Shown here: positions 27,701-42,799 of the stretch, piece by piece | Layout of the letters: the number at the start of each line of letters is the position of its first letter | Position numbering within the stretch: position 1 is the stretch's first letter | Assembly (NCBI GenBank): GCA_964016885.1 | Contig: OZ024744.1 | Coordinates: forward strand, 104,036,001 to 104,100,000 | Direction: 5' to 3' | Length of the DNA stretch: 64,000 nucleotides | Source: Eledone cirrhosa | Taxonomy: Eukaryota | Notes under the pieces: generated by a model | What the model saw: the letters and a program-made list of their open reading frames with translations, nothing else | Told to the model about the DNA's origin: nothing | Database searches by the model: none | Program-made: the position numbers and the translations under genes

Positions 27701-30700
27701 GTCATGTCCACCTATACTAGTGTCATGTCCAGCTATACTAGTGTCATGTCCACCTATACTAGTGTCATGTCCACCTATAGTAGTGTCATGTCCAGCTATA
27801 CTAGTGTCATGTCCAGCTATACTAGTGTCATGTCCACCTATACTAGTGTCATGTCCACCTATACTAGTGTCATGTCCAGCTATACTAGTGTCATGTCCAG
27901 CTATAGTAGTGTCATGTCCACCTATAGTAGTGTCATGTCCAGCTATACTAGTGTCATGTCCACCTATACTAGTGTCATGTCCAGCTATACCAGTGTCACG
28001 TCCACCTATACTAGTGTCATGTCCACCTATACCAGTGTCATGTCCAGCTATACTAGTGTCATGTCCACCTATACTAGTGTCATGTCCAGCTATACTAGTG
28101 TCATGTCCACCTATACTAGTGTCATGTCCACCTATACTAGTGTCATGTCCAGCTATACTAGTGTCATGTCCAGCTGTACTAGTGTCATGTCCAGCTATAC
28201 TACTGTCATGTCCACCTATACTACTGTCATGTCCAGCTGTACTAGTGTCATGTCCACCTATACTAGTGTCATATCCAGCTATAACTAGTGTCATGTCCAG
28301 CTATACTAGTGTCATGTCCAGCTATACTATTGTCATGTCCACCTATACTAGAGCCATGTCCACCTATACTAGTGTCATGTCCAGCTATACTAGTGTCATG
28401 TCCAGCTATACTAGTGTCATGTCCAGCTATACTAGTGTCATGTCCACCTATACTAGTGACATGTCCAGCTATACTAGTGTCATGTCCAGCTATACTAGTG
28501 TCATGTCCACCTATAGTAGTGTCATGTCCAGCTATACTAGTGTCATCTCTACCTATACTAGTGTCATGTCCAGCTATGCTAGTGTCATCTCTACCTATAC
28601 TAGTGTCATGTCCAGCTATACTAGTGTCATGTCCACCTATACTACTGTCATGTCCACCTATACTATTGTCATGTCCAGCTATACTAGTGTCATGTCCACC
28701 TATACTAGTGTCATGTCCAGCTATACTAGTGTCATGTCCACCTATACTATTATCATGTCCACCTATACTATTGTCATGTCCAGCTATACTATTGTCATGT
28801 CCAGCTATAGTAGTGTCATGTCCACCTACACTAGTGTCATGTCCACCTATACTAGTGTCATGTCCAGCTATACTAGTGTCATGTCCAGCTATACTACTGT
28901 CATGTCCAGCTATAACTAGTGTCATGTCCACCTATGCTAGTGTCATGTCCACCTATACTATTGTCATGTCCAGCTATACTAGTGTCATGTCCAGCTATAC
29001 TAGTGTCATGTCCAGCTATACTACTGTCATGTCCACCTATACTAGTGTCATGTCCAGCTATACTAGTGTCATGTCCAGCTATAACTAGTGTCATGTCCAC
29101 CTATACTATTGTCATGTCCACCTATACTATTGTCATGTCCAGCTATAGTAGTGTCATGTCCACCTATACTAGTGTCATGTCCACCTATACTAGTGTCATG
29201 TCCAGCTATACTAGTGTCATGTCCAGCTATACTAGTGTCATGTCCAGCTATACTAGTGTCATGTCCACCTATACTAGTGTCATGTCCACCTATACTAGTG
29301 TCATGTCCAGCTATACTACTGTCATGTCCACCTATACTAGTGTCATGTCCAGCTATACTAGTGTCATGTCCAGCTATACTACTGTCATGTCCAGCTATAC
29401 TAGTGTCATGTCCACCTATACTATTGTCATGTCCACCTATACTATTGTCATGTCCAGCTATACTAGTGTCATGTCCAGCTATACTAGTGTCATGTCCAGC
29501 TATAACTAGTGTCATGTCCACCTATACTAGTGTCATGTCCAGCTATACTAGTGTCATGTCCACCTATACTAGTGTCATGTCCACCTATACTAGTGTCATG
29601 TCCAGCTATACTACTGTCATGTCCACCTATACTAGTGTCATGTCCAGCTATACTAGTGTCATGTCCAGCTATACTACTGTCATGTCCAGCTATACTAGTG
29701 TCATGTCCACCTATACTATTGTCATGTCCACCTATACTATTGTCATGTCCAGCTATACTAGTGTCATGTCCAGCTATACTAGTGTCATGTCCAGCTATAA
29801 CTAGTGTCATGTCCACCTATACTAGTGTCATGTCCAGCTATACTAGTGTCATGTCCACCTATACTAGTGTCATGTCTAGCTATACTTCTGTCATGTCCAC
29901 CTATACTAGTGTCATGTCCACTTATACTAGTGTCATGTCCACCTATACTAGTGTCATGTCCAGCTATACTAGTGTCATGTCCACCTATACTAGTGTCATG
30001 TCCAGCTATACTAGTTTCATGTCCAGCTATAGTAGTGTCATGTCCAACTATAGTAGTGTCATGTCCAGCTATACTAGTGTCATGTCCAGCTATACTAGTG
30101 TCATGTCCACCTATAGTAGTGTCATGTCCAGCTATACTATTGTCATGTCCACCTATACTATTGTCATGTCCAGCTATACTATTGTCATGTCCAGCTATAC
30201 TAGTGTCATGTCCACCTATACTACTGTCATGTCCACCTATACTATTGTCATGTCCAGCTATACTAGTGTCATGTCCACCTATACTAGTGTCATGTCCAGC
30301 TATACTAGTGTCATGTCCACCTATACTATTGTCATGTCCACCTATACTATTGTCATGTCCAGCTATACTATTGTCATGTCTAGCTATACTAGTGTCATGT
30401 CCAGCTATACTAGTGTCATGTCCAGCTATACTAGTGTCATGTCCACCTATACTATTGTCATGTCTAGCTATACTAGTGTCATGTCCACCTATACTACTGT
30501 CATGTCCACCTATACTAGTGTCATGTCCAGCTATACTAGTGTCATGTCCACCAATACTAGTGTCATGTCCAGCTATACTAGTGTCATGTCCACCTATACT
30601 ATTGTCATGTCCACCTATAGTAGTGTCATGTCCAGCTATACTAGTGTCATGTCCAGCTATACTAGTGTCATGTCCACCTATACTACTGTCATGTCCACCT

Positions 30701-33700
30701 ATACTAGTGTCATGTCCAGCTATACTAGTGTCATGTCCAGCTATACTACTGTCATGTCCAGCTATAACTAGTGTCATGTCCACCTATACTAGTGTCATGT
30801 CCACCTATACTATTGTCATGTCCAGCTATACTAGTGTCATGTCCAGCTATACTAGTGTCATGTCCAGCTATACTACTGTCATGTCCACCTATACTAGTGT
30901 CATGTCCAGCTATACTAGTGTCATGTCCAGCTATAACTAGTGTCATGTCCACCTATACTATTGTCATGTCCACCTATACTATTGTCATGTCCAGCTATAG
31001 TAGTGTCATGTCCACCTATACTAGTGTCATGTCCACCTATACTAGTGTCATGTCCAGCTATACTAGTGTCATGTCCACCTATACTAGTGTCATGTCCAGC
31101 TATACTAGTGTCATGTCCAGCTATACTAGTGTCATGTCCACCTATACTAGTGTCATGTCCAGCTATACTAGTGTCATGTCCACCTATACTAGTGTCATGT
31201 CCACCTATAGTAGTGTCATGTCCAGCTATACTAGTGTCATGTCCACCTATACTAGTGTCATGTCCAGCTATACTAGTTTCATGTCCAGCTATAGTAGTGT
31301 CATGTCCAACTATAGTAGTGTCATGTCCAGCTATACTAGTGTCATGTCCAGCTATACTAGTGTCATGTCCACCTATAGTAGTGTCATGTCCAGCTATACT
31401 AGTGTCATGTCCACCTATAGTAGTGTCATGTCCAGCTATACTAGTGTCATGTCCAGCTATACTAGTGTCATGTCCAGCTATAGTAGTGTCATGTCCAGCT
31501 ATACTAGTGTCATGTCCAGCTGTACTAGTGTCATGTCCAGCTATAGTAGTGTCATGTCCACCTATACTAGTGTCATGTCCACCTATAGTAGTGTCATGTC
31601 CAGCTATAACTAGTCTCATGTCCACCTATACTAGTGTCATGTCCAGCTATACCAGTGTCATGTCCACCTATACTAGTGTCACGTCCAGCTATACTAGTGT
31701 CATGTCCAGCTGTACTAGTGTCATGTCCAGCTGTACTAGTGTCATGTCCAGCTATAGTAGTGTCATGTCCACCTATACTAGTGTCATGTCCACCTATAGT
31801 AGTGTCATGTCCAGCTATAACTAGTCTCATGTCCACCTATACTAGTGTCATGTCCAGCTATACCAGTGTCATGTCCACCTATACTAGTGTCACGTCCAGC
31901 TATACTAGCGTCATGTCCACCTATACTAGTGTCATGTCCAGCTATACTAGTGTCATGTCCAGCTATAGTAGTGTCATGTCCACCTATACTAGTGTCATGT
32001 CCACCTATAGTAGTGTCATGTCCAGCTATACAGTGTCATGTCCAGCTATACTAGTGTCATGTCCAGCTATACTAGTGTCATGTCCAGCTATACTAGTGTC
32101 ATGTCCAGCTGTACTAGTGTCATGTCCAGCTATAGTAGTGTCATGTCCACCTATATTAGAGCCATGTCCAGCTATACTAGTGTCATGTCCAGCTATACTA
32201 GTGTCATGTCCACCTATACTAGAGCCATGTCCACCTATACTAGTGTCATGTCCAGCTATACTAGTGTCATGTCCACCTATACTAGTGTCATGTCCACCTA
32301 TACTAGTGTCATGTCCAGCTATACTAGTGTCATGTCCACCTATACTAGTGTCATGTCCACCTATACTAGTGTCATGTCCAGCTATACTAGTGTCATGTCC
32401 AGCTATAGTAGTGTCATGTCCACCTATAGTAGTGTCATGTCCAGCTATACTAGTGTCATGTCCACCTATACTAGTGTCATGTCCAGCTATACCAGTGTCA
32501 TGTCCACCTATACTAGTGTCATGTCCACCTATACCAGTGTCATGTCCAGCTATACTAGTGTCATGTCCACCTATACTAGTGTCATGTCCAGCTATACTAG
32601 TGTCATGTCCACCTATACTAGTGTCATGTCCACCTATACTAGTGTCATGTCCAGCTATACTAGTGTCATGTCCAGCTGTACTAGTGTCATGTCCAGCTAT
32701 ACTACTGTCATGTCCACCTATACTAGTGTCATGTCCAGCTATACTAGTGTCATGTCCAGCTATACTACTGTCATGTCCACCTATACTAGTGTCATGTCCA
32801 GCTATACTAGTGTCATGTCCAGCTATAGTAGTGTCATGTCCAGCTGTACTAGTGTCATGTCCACCTATACTAGTGTCATGTCCAGCTATAACTAGTGTCA
32901 TGTCCAGCTATACTACTGTCATGTCCACCTATACTAGTGTCATGTCCAGCTATACTAGTGTCATGTCCAGCTATAGTAGTGTCATGTCCAGCTGTACTAG
33001 TGTCATGTCCACCTATACTAGTGTCATGTCCAGCTATACTAGTGTCATGTCCAGCTATACTAGTGTCATGTCCACCTATACTAGAGCCATGTCCACCTAT
33101 ACTAGTGTCATGTCCAGCTATACTAGTGTCATGTCCAGCTATACTAGTGTCATGTCCAGCTATACTAGTGTCATGTCCACCTATACTATTGTCATGTCCA
33201 GCTATACTATTGTCATGTCCAGCTATACTAGTGTCATGTCCAGCTATACTAGTGTCATGTCCACCTATACTAGTGTCATGTCCAGCTATACTAGTGTCAT
33301 GTCCAGCTATACTAGTGTCATGTCCAGCTATACTAGTGTCATGTCCAGCTATACTAGTGTCATGTCCACCTATACTAGTGTCATGTCCACCTATACTAGT
33401 GTCATATCCACCTATACTAGTGTCATGTCCACCTATAGTAGTGTCATGTCCACCTATACTAGTGTCATGTCAACCTATACCTGTGTCATGTCCAGCTATA
33501 CTAGTGTCATGTCCACCTATAGTAGTGTCATGTCCACCTATAGTAGTGTCATGTCCAGCTATACTAGTGTCATGTCCAGCTATACTAGTGTCATGTCCAG
33601 CTGTACTAGTGTCATGTCCACCTATACTAGTGTCATGTCCAGCTATAGTAGTGTCATGTCCAGCTGTACTAGTGTCATGTCCAGCTATACTACTGTCATG

Positions 33701-36700
33701 TCCACCTATACTAGTGTCATGTCCAGCTATACTAGTGTCATGTCCAGCTATACTAGTGTCATGTCCAGCTATACTAGTGTCATGTCCAGCTATAACTAGT
33801 ATCATATCCACCTATACTAGTGTCATGTCCAGCTATAGTAGTGTCATGTCCAGCTATAACTAGTGTCATGTCCAGCTGTACTAGTGTCATGTCCAGCTGT
33901 ACTAGTGCCATGTCCACCTATACTAGTGTCATGTCCACCTATACCAGTGTCATGTCCAGCTATACTAGTGTCATGTCCAGCTATACTAGTGTCATGTCCA
34001 CCTATACTAGTGTCATGTCCACCTATACTAGTGTCATGTCCACCTATACTAGTGTCATGTCCACCTATACTAGTGTCATGTCCAGCTATACTAGTGTCAT
34101 GTCCACCTATACTAGTGTCATGTCCAGCTATACTAGTGTCATGTCCACCTATACTAGTGTCATGTCCAGCTATAGTAGTGTCATGTCCAGCTATACTAGT
34201 GTCATGTCCACCTATACTAGTGTCATGTCCAGCTATACTAGTGTCATGTCCACCTATACTAGTGTCATGTCCACCTATAGTAGTGTCATGTCCAGCTATA
34301 CTAGTGTCATGTCCAGCTATACTAGTGTCATGTCCAGCTACACCAGTGTCATGTCCACCTATACTAGTGTCATGTCCAGCTATACTAGTGTCATGTCCAC
34401 CTATACTAGTGTCATGTCCACCTATACTAGTGTCATGTCCACCTATACTAGTGTCATGTCCAGCTATAGTAGTGTCATGTCCAGCTATACTAGTGTCATG
34501 TCCACCTATACTAGTGTCATGTCCAGCTATACTAGTGTCATGTCCACCTATACTAGTGTCATGTCCACCTATAGTAGTGTCATGTCCAGCTATACTAGTG
34601 TCATGTCCAGCTATACTAGTGTCATGTCCAGCTTCACCAGTGTCATGTCCACCTATACTAGTGTCATGTCCAGCTATACTAGTGTCATGTCCACCTATAC
34701 TAGTGTCATGTCCACCTATAGTAGTGTCATGTCCAGCTATACTAGTGTCATGTCCAGCTATACTAGTGTCATGTCCAGCTATACTACTGTCATGTCCACC
34801 TATGCTAGTGTCATGTCCAGCTATACTAGTGTCATGTCCACCTATACTATTGTCATGTCCACCTATACTATTGTCATGTCCAGCTATACTATTGTCATGT
34901 CCAGCTATACTAGTGTCATGTCCACCTATACTACTGTCATGTCCAGCTATACTATTGTCATGTCCAGCTATACTAGTGTCATGTCCACCTATACTAGTGT
35001 CGTGTCCAGCTATACTAGTGTCATGTCCACCTATACTATTGTCATGTCCACCTATACTATTGTCATGTCCAGCTATACTATTGTCATGTCCAGCTATACT
35101 AGTGTCATGTCCACCTATACTACTGTCATGTCCACCTATACTATTGTCATGTCCAGCTATACTAGTGTCATGTCCACCTATACTAGTGTCATGTCCAGCT
35201 ACACTAGTGTCATGTCCACCTATACTATTTTCATGTCCACCTATACTATTGTCATGTCCAGCTATACTATTGTCATGTCCAGCTATACTAGTGTCATGTC
35301 CACCTATACTACTGTCATGTTCACCTATACTATTGTCATGTCCAGCTATACTAGTGTCATGTCCACCAATACTAGTGTCATGTCCAGCTATACTAGTGTC
35401 ATGTCCACCTATACTATTGTCATGTCCAGCTATAACTAGTGTCATGTCCACCTATACTAGTGTCATGTCCACCTATACTAGTGTCATGTCCAGCTATACT
35501 AGTGTCATGTCCAGCTATACTAGTGTCATGTCCAGCTATAACTAGTGTCATGTCCACCTATACTAGTGTCATGTCCACCTATACTATTGTCATGTCCAGC
35601 TATACTAGTGTCATGTCCAGCTATACTAGTGTCATGTCCAGCTATACTACTGTCATGTCCACCTATACTAGTGTCATGTCCAGCTATACTAGTGTCATGT
35701 CCAGCTATAACTAGTGTCATGTCCACCTATACTATTGTCATGTCCACCTATACTATTGTCATGTCCAGCTATAGTAGTGTCATGTCCACCTATACTAGTG
35801 TCATGTCCACCTATACTAGTGTCATGTCCAGCTATACTAGTGTCATGTCCACCTATACTAGTGTCATGTCCAGCTATACTAGTGTCATGTCCACCTATAC
35901 TAGCGTCATGTCCAGCTAAACTAGTGTCATGTCCAGCTATACTAGCGTCATATCCAGCTATACTAGTGTCATGTCCACCTATACTAGTGTCAGGTTCAGC
36001 TATACTAGTGTCATGTCCAGCTATACTAGTGTCATGTCCACCTATACTAGTGTCATGTCCAGCTAAACTAGTGTCATGTCCAGCTATACTAGTGTCATGT
36101 CCACCTATACTAGTGTCATGTCCAGCTATACTAGTGTCATGTCCAGCTATACTAGTGTCATGTCCAGCTATACTAGTGTCATGTCCACCTATACTAGTGT
36201 CATGTCCACCTATACTAGTGTCATGTCCACCTATACTAGTGTCATGTCCACCTATAGTAGTGTCATGTCCAGCTATACTAGTGTCATGTCCACCTATACT
36301 AGTGTCATGTCCAGCTATACTAGTGTCATGTCCAGCTATAGTAGTGTCATGTCCAACTATAGTAGTGTCATGTTCAGCTATACTAGTGTCATGTCCAGCT
36401 ATACTAGTGTCATGTCCACCTATAGTAGTGTCATGTCCAGCTATACTAGTGTCATGTCCACCTATAGTAGTGTCATGTCCAGCTATACTAGTGTCATGTC
36501 CAGCTGTACTAGTGTCATGTCCAGCTATACTAGTGTCATGTCCAGCTATAGTAGTGTCATGTCCAGCTATACTAGTGTCATGTCCAGCTGTACTAGTGTC
36601 ATGTCCAGCTATAGTAGTGTCATGTCCACCTATACTAGTGTCATGTCCACCTATAGTAGTGTCATGTCCAGCTATAACTAGTGTCATGTCCACCTATACT

Positions 36701-36960
36701 AGTGTCATGTCCAGCTATACCAGTGTCATGTCCACCTATACTAGTGTCATGTCCACCTATACTAGTGTCATGTCCAGCTGTACTAGTGTCATGTCCAGCT
36801 ATACTAGTGTCATGTCCACCTATACTAGTGTCATGTCCAGCTATACTAGTGTCATGTCCAGCTGTACTAGTGTCATGTCCAGCTATAGTAGTGTCATGTC
36901 CACCTATACTAGAGCCATGTCCAGCTATACTAGTGTCATGTCCAGCTATACTAGTGTCAT
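10820..36960. repeat. Higher-order tandem duplication, period 13061 bp (= 6941 + 6120)
   Basis: Offsets of +13061 (11632/24693, 15208/28269, 18573/31634, 22634/35695). Diagnostic variants alternate A/B/A/B among the four sub-copies. One difference seen: 19261 C vs 32322 T. Ends are approximate. Confidence 0.9.
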
Positions 36961-39900
36961 GTCCACCTATACTAGAGCCATGTCCACCTATACTAGTGTC
37001 ATGTCCAGCTATAGTAGTGTCATGTCCAGCTATACTAGTGTCATGTCCACCTATACTAGTGTCATGTCCACCTATACTAGTGTCATGTCCAGCTGTAACT
37101 AGTGTCATGTCCAGCTATACTAGTGTCATGTCCACCTATACTAGAGCCATGTCCACATATACTAGTGTCATGTCCAGCTATACTAGTGTCATGTCCACCT
37201 ATACTAGTGTCATGTCCACCTATACTAGAGCCATGTCCACCTATACTAGTGTCATGTCCAGCTATACTAGTGTCATGTCCACCTATACTAGTGTCATGTC
37301 CACCTATACTAGTGTCATGTCCAGCTATACTAGTGTCATGTCCACCTATACTAGTGTCATGTCCACCTATACTAGTGTCATGTCCAGCTATACTAGTGTC
37401 ATGTCCAGCTATAGTAGTGTCATGTCCACCTATAGTAGTGTCATGTCCAGCTATACTAGTGTCATGTCCACCTATACTAGTGTCATGTCCAGCTATACCA
37501 GTGTCATGTCCACCTATACTAGTGTCATGTCCACCTATACCAGTGTCATGTCCAGCTATACTAGTGTCATGTCCACCTATACTAGTGTCATGTCCAGCTA
37601 TACTAGTGTCTTGTCCACCTATACTAGTGTCATGTCCAGCTATACTAGTGTCATGTCCAGCTGTACTAGTGTCATGTCCAGCTGTACTAGTGTCATGTCC
37701 AGCTATACTACTGTCATGTCCACCTATACTACTGTCATGTCCAGCTGTACTAGTGTCATGTCCACCTATACTAGTGTCATGTCCAGCTATAACTAGTGTC
37801 ATGTCCAGCTATACTAGTGTCATGTCCAGCTATACTATTGTCATGTCCACCTATACTAGAGCCATGTCCACCTATACTAGTGTCATGTCCAGCTATACTA
37901 GTGTCATGTCCAGCTATACTAGTGTCATGTCCAGCTATACTAGTGTCATGTCCACCTATACTAGTGTCATGTCCAGCTATACTAGTGTCATGTCCAGCTA
38001 TACTAGTGTCATGTCCAGCTATACTAGTGTCATGTCCACCTATACTAGTGTCATGTCCACCTATACTAGTGCCATGTCCACCTATACTAGTGTCATGTCC
38101 ACCTATAGTAGTGTCATGTCCACCTATACTAGTGTCATGTCCACCTATACTAGTGTCATGTCCAGCTATACTAGTGTCATGTCTACCTATAGTAGTGTCA
38201 TGTCCACCTATACTAGTGTCATGTCCAGCTATACTAGTGTCATGTCCAGCTGTACTAGTGTCATGTCTACCTATACTAGTGTCATGTCCACCTATACTAG
38301 TGTCATGTCCAGCTATAGTAGTGTCATGTCCAGCTGTACTAGTGTCATGTCCAGCTATACTACTGTCATGTCCACCTATACTAGTGTCATGTCCAGCTAT
38401 AACTAGTGTCATGTCCACCTATACTAGTGTCATGTCCAGCTATAGTAGTGTCATGTCCAGCTATAACTAGTGTCATGTCCACCTATAGTAGTGTCATGTC
38501 CAGCTGTACTAGTGCCATGTCCACCTATACTAGTGTCATGTCCACCTATACCAGTGTCATGTCCAGCTATACTAGTGTCATGTCCAGCTATACTAGTGTC
38601 ATGTCCACCTATACTAGTGTCATGTCCAGCTATACTAGTGTCATGTCCAGCTATACTAGTGTCATGTCCAGCTGTATTAGTGTCATCTCTACCTATACTA
38701 GTGTCATGTCCACCTATACTATATACTAGTGTCATGTCCAACTATACTAGTGTCATGTCCAGCTATACTAGTGTCATGTCCACCTATACTAGTGTCATGT
38801 CCAGCTATACTAGTGTCATGTCCACCTATACTAGTGTCATGTCCAGCTATACTAGTGTCATGTCCACCTATACTAGTGTCATGTCCAGCTATACTAGTGT
38901 CATGTCCACCTATACTATTGTCATGTCCACCTATACTAGTGTCATGTCCACCTATACTAGTGTCATGTCCAGCTATAGTAGTGTCATGTCCAGCTATACT
39001 AGTGTCATGTCCACCTATACTAGTGTCATGTCCAGCTATACTAGTGTCATGTCCACCTATACTAGTGTCATGTCCACCTATAGTAGTGTCATGTCCAGCT
39101 ATACTAGTGTCATGTCCAGCTATACTAGTGTCATGTCCAGCTATACCAGTGTCATGTCCACCTATACTAGTGTCATGTCCAGCTATACTAGTGTCATGTC
39201 CACCTATACTATTGTCATGTCCACCTATACTAGTGTCATGTCCAGCTATAGTAGTGTCATGTCCAGCTATACTAGTGTCATGTCCACCTATACTAGTGTC
39301 ATGTCCAGCTATACTAGTGTCATGTCCACCTATACTAGTGTCATGTCCACCTATAGTAGTGTCATGTCCAGCTATACTAGTGTCATGTCCAGCTATACTA
39401 GTGTCATGTCCAGCTATACCAGTGTCATGTCCACCTATACTAGTGTCATGTCCAGCTATACTAGTGTCATGTCCACCTATACTAGTGTCATGTCCACCTA
39501 TAGTAGTGTCATGTCCAGCTATACTAGTGTCATGTCCAGCTATACTAGTGTCATGTCCAGCTATACTACTGTCATGTCCACCTATACTAGTGTCATGTCC
39601 AGCTATACTAGTGTCATGTCCAGCTATAGTAGTGTCATGTCCACCTATACTATTGTCATGTCCAGCTATACTATTGTCATGTCCAGCTATACTAGTGTCA
39701 TGTCCACCTATACTACTGTCATGTCCACCTATACTATTGTCATGTCCAGCTATACTAGTGTCATGTCCACCTATACTAGTGTCATGTCCAGCTATACTAG
39801 TGTCATGTCCACCTATACTATTGTCATGTCCACCTATACTATTGTCATGTCCAGCTATACTATTGTCATGTCCAGCTATACTAGTGTCATGTCCACCTAT

Positions 39901-42799
39901 ACTACTGTCATGTCCACCTATACTATTGTCATGTCCAGCTATACTAGTGTCATGTCCACCTATACTAGTGTCATGTCCAGCTATACTAGTGTCATGTCCA
40001 CCTATACTATTGTCATGTCCACCTATACTATTGTCATGTCCAGCTATACTATTGTCATGTCCAGCTATACTAGTGTCATGTCCACCTATACTAGTGTCAT
40101 GTCCAGCTATAGTAGTGTCATGTCCAGCTATACTAGTGTCATGTCCACCTATACTAGTGTCATGTCCAGCTATACTAGTGTCATGTCCACCTATACTAGT
40201 GTCATGTCCACCTATACTAGTGTCATGTCCACCTATACTAGTGTCATGTCCAGCTATACTAGTGTCATGTCCACCTATACTAGTGTCATGTCCACCTATA
40301 GTAGTGTCATGTCCAGCTATACTAGTGTCATGTCCAGCTATACTAGTGTCATGTCCAGCTATACCAGTGTCATGTCCACCTATACTAGTGTCATGTCCAG
40401 CTAAACTAGTGTCATGTCCACCTATACTATTGTCATGTCCACCTATACTAGTGTCATGTCCACCTATACTAGTGTCATGTCCAGCTATAGTAGTGTCATG
40501 TCCAGCTATACTAGTGTCATGTCCACCTATACTAGTGTCATGTCCAGCTATACTAGTGTCATGTCCACCTATACTAGTGTCATGTCCACCTATAGTAGTG
40601 TCATGTCCAGCTATACTAGTGTCATGTCCAGCTATACTCGTGTCATGTCCAGCTATACCAGTGTCATGTCCACCTATACTAGTGTCATGTCCAGCTATAC
40701 TAGTGTCATGTCCACCTATACTAGTGTCATGTCCACCTATAGTAGTGTCATGTCCAGCTATACTTGTGTCATGTCCAGCTATACTAGTGTCATGTCCAGC
40801 TATACTACTGTCATGTCCACCTATACTAGTGTCATGTCCACCTATACTATTGTCATGTCCAGCTATACTATTGTCATGTCCAGCTATACTAGTGTCATGT
40901 CCACCTATACTACTGTCATGTCCAGCTATACTAGTGTCATGTCCACCTATACTAGTGTCATGTCCAGCTATACTAGTGTCATGTCCACCTATACTATTGT
41001 CATGTCCACCTATACTATTGTCATGTCCAGCTATACTATTGTCATGTCCAGCTATACTAGTGTCATGTCCACCTATACTACTGTCATGTCCACCTATACT
41101 ATTGTCATGTCCAGCTATACTAGTGTCATGTCCACCTATACTAGTGTCATGTCCAGCTATACTAGTGTCATGTCCACCTATACTATTGTCATGTCCACCT
41201 ATACTATTGTCATGTCCAGCTATACTATTGTCATGTCCAGCTATACTAGTGTCATGTCCACCTATACTACTGTCATGTCCACCAATACTATTGTCATGTC
41301 CAGCTATACTAGTGTCATGTCCACCAATACTAGTGTCAAGTCCAGCTATACTATTGTCATGTCCAGCTATAACTAGTGTCATGTCCACCTATACTAGTGT
41401 CATGTCCACCTATACTAGTGTCATGTCCAGCTATACTAGTGTCATGTCCAGCTATACTACTGTCATGTCCAGCTATAACTAGTGTCATGTCCACCTATGC
41501 TAGTGTCATGTCCACCTATACTATTGTCATGTCCAGCTATACTAGTGTCATGTCCAGCTATACTAGTGTCATGTCCAGCTATACTACTGTCATGTCCACC
41601 TATACTAGTGTCATGTCCAGCTATACTAGTGTCATGTCCAGCTATAACTAGTGTCATGTCCACCTATACTATTGTCATGTCCACCTATACTATTGTCATG
41701 TCCAGCTATAGTAGTGTCATGTCCACCTATACTAGTGTCATGTCCACCTATACTAGTGTCATGTCCAGCTATACTAGTGTCATGTCCAGCTATACTAGTG
41801 TCATGTCCAGCTATACTAGTGTCATGTCCACCTATACTAGTGTCATGTCCAGCTATACTAGTGTCATGTCCAGCTATACTACTGTCATGTCCACCTATAC
41901 TAGTGTCATGTCCAGCTATACTAGTGTCATGTCCAGCTATACTACTGTCATGTCCAGCTATACTAGTGTCATGTCCACCTATACTATTGTCATGTCCACC
42001 TATGCTATTGTCATGTCCAGCTATACTAGTGTCATGTCCAGCTATACTAGTGTCATGTCCAGCTATAACTAGTGTCATGTCCACCTATACTAGTGTCATG
42101 TCCAGCTATACTAGTGTCATGTCTAGGTATACTACTGTCATGTCCACCTATACTAGTGTCATGTCCACTTATACTAGTGTCATGTCCACCTATACTAGTG
42201 TCATGTCCAGCTATACTAGTGTCAAGTCCACTTATACTAGTGTCATGTCCACCTATACTAGTGTCATGTCCAGCTATAGTAGTGTCATGTCCAGCTATAC
42301 TAGTGTCAAGTCCACTTATACTAGTGTCATGTCCACCTATACTAGTGTCATGTCCAGCTATACTAGTGTCATGTCCAGCTATACTAGTGTCAAGTCCACT
42401 TACACTAGTGTCATGTCCACCTATACTAGTGTCATGTCCACCTATACTAGTGTCATGTCCAGCTATAACTAGTGTCATGTCCACCTATACTAGTGTCATG
42501 TCCAGCTATAACTAGTGTCATGTCCACCTATACTAGTGTCATGTCCAGCTATACCAGTGTCATGTCCAGCTATACTAGTGTCATATCCAGCTATACTACT
42601 GTCATGTCCACCTATACTAGTGTCAAGTCCACTTATACTAGTGTCATGTCCACCTATACTAGTGTCATGTCCACCTATACTAGTGTCATGTCCAGCTATA
42701 ACTAGTGTCATGTCCACCTATACTAGTGTCATGTCCAGCTATAACTAGTGTCATGTCCACCTATACTAGTGTCATGTCCAGCTATACCAGTGTCATGTC

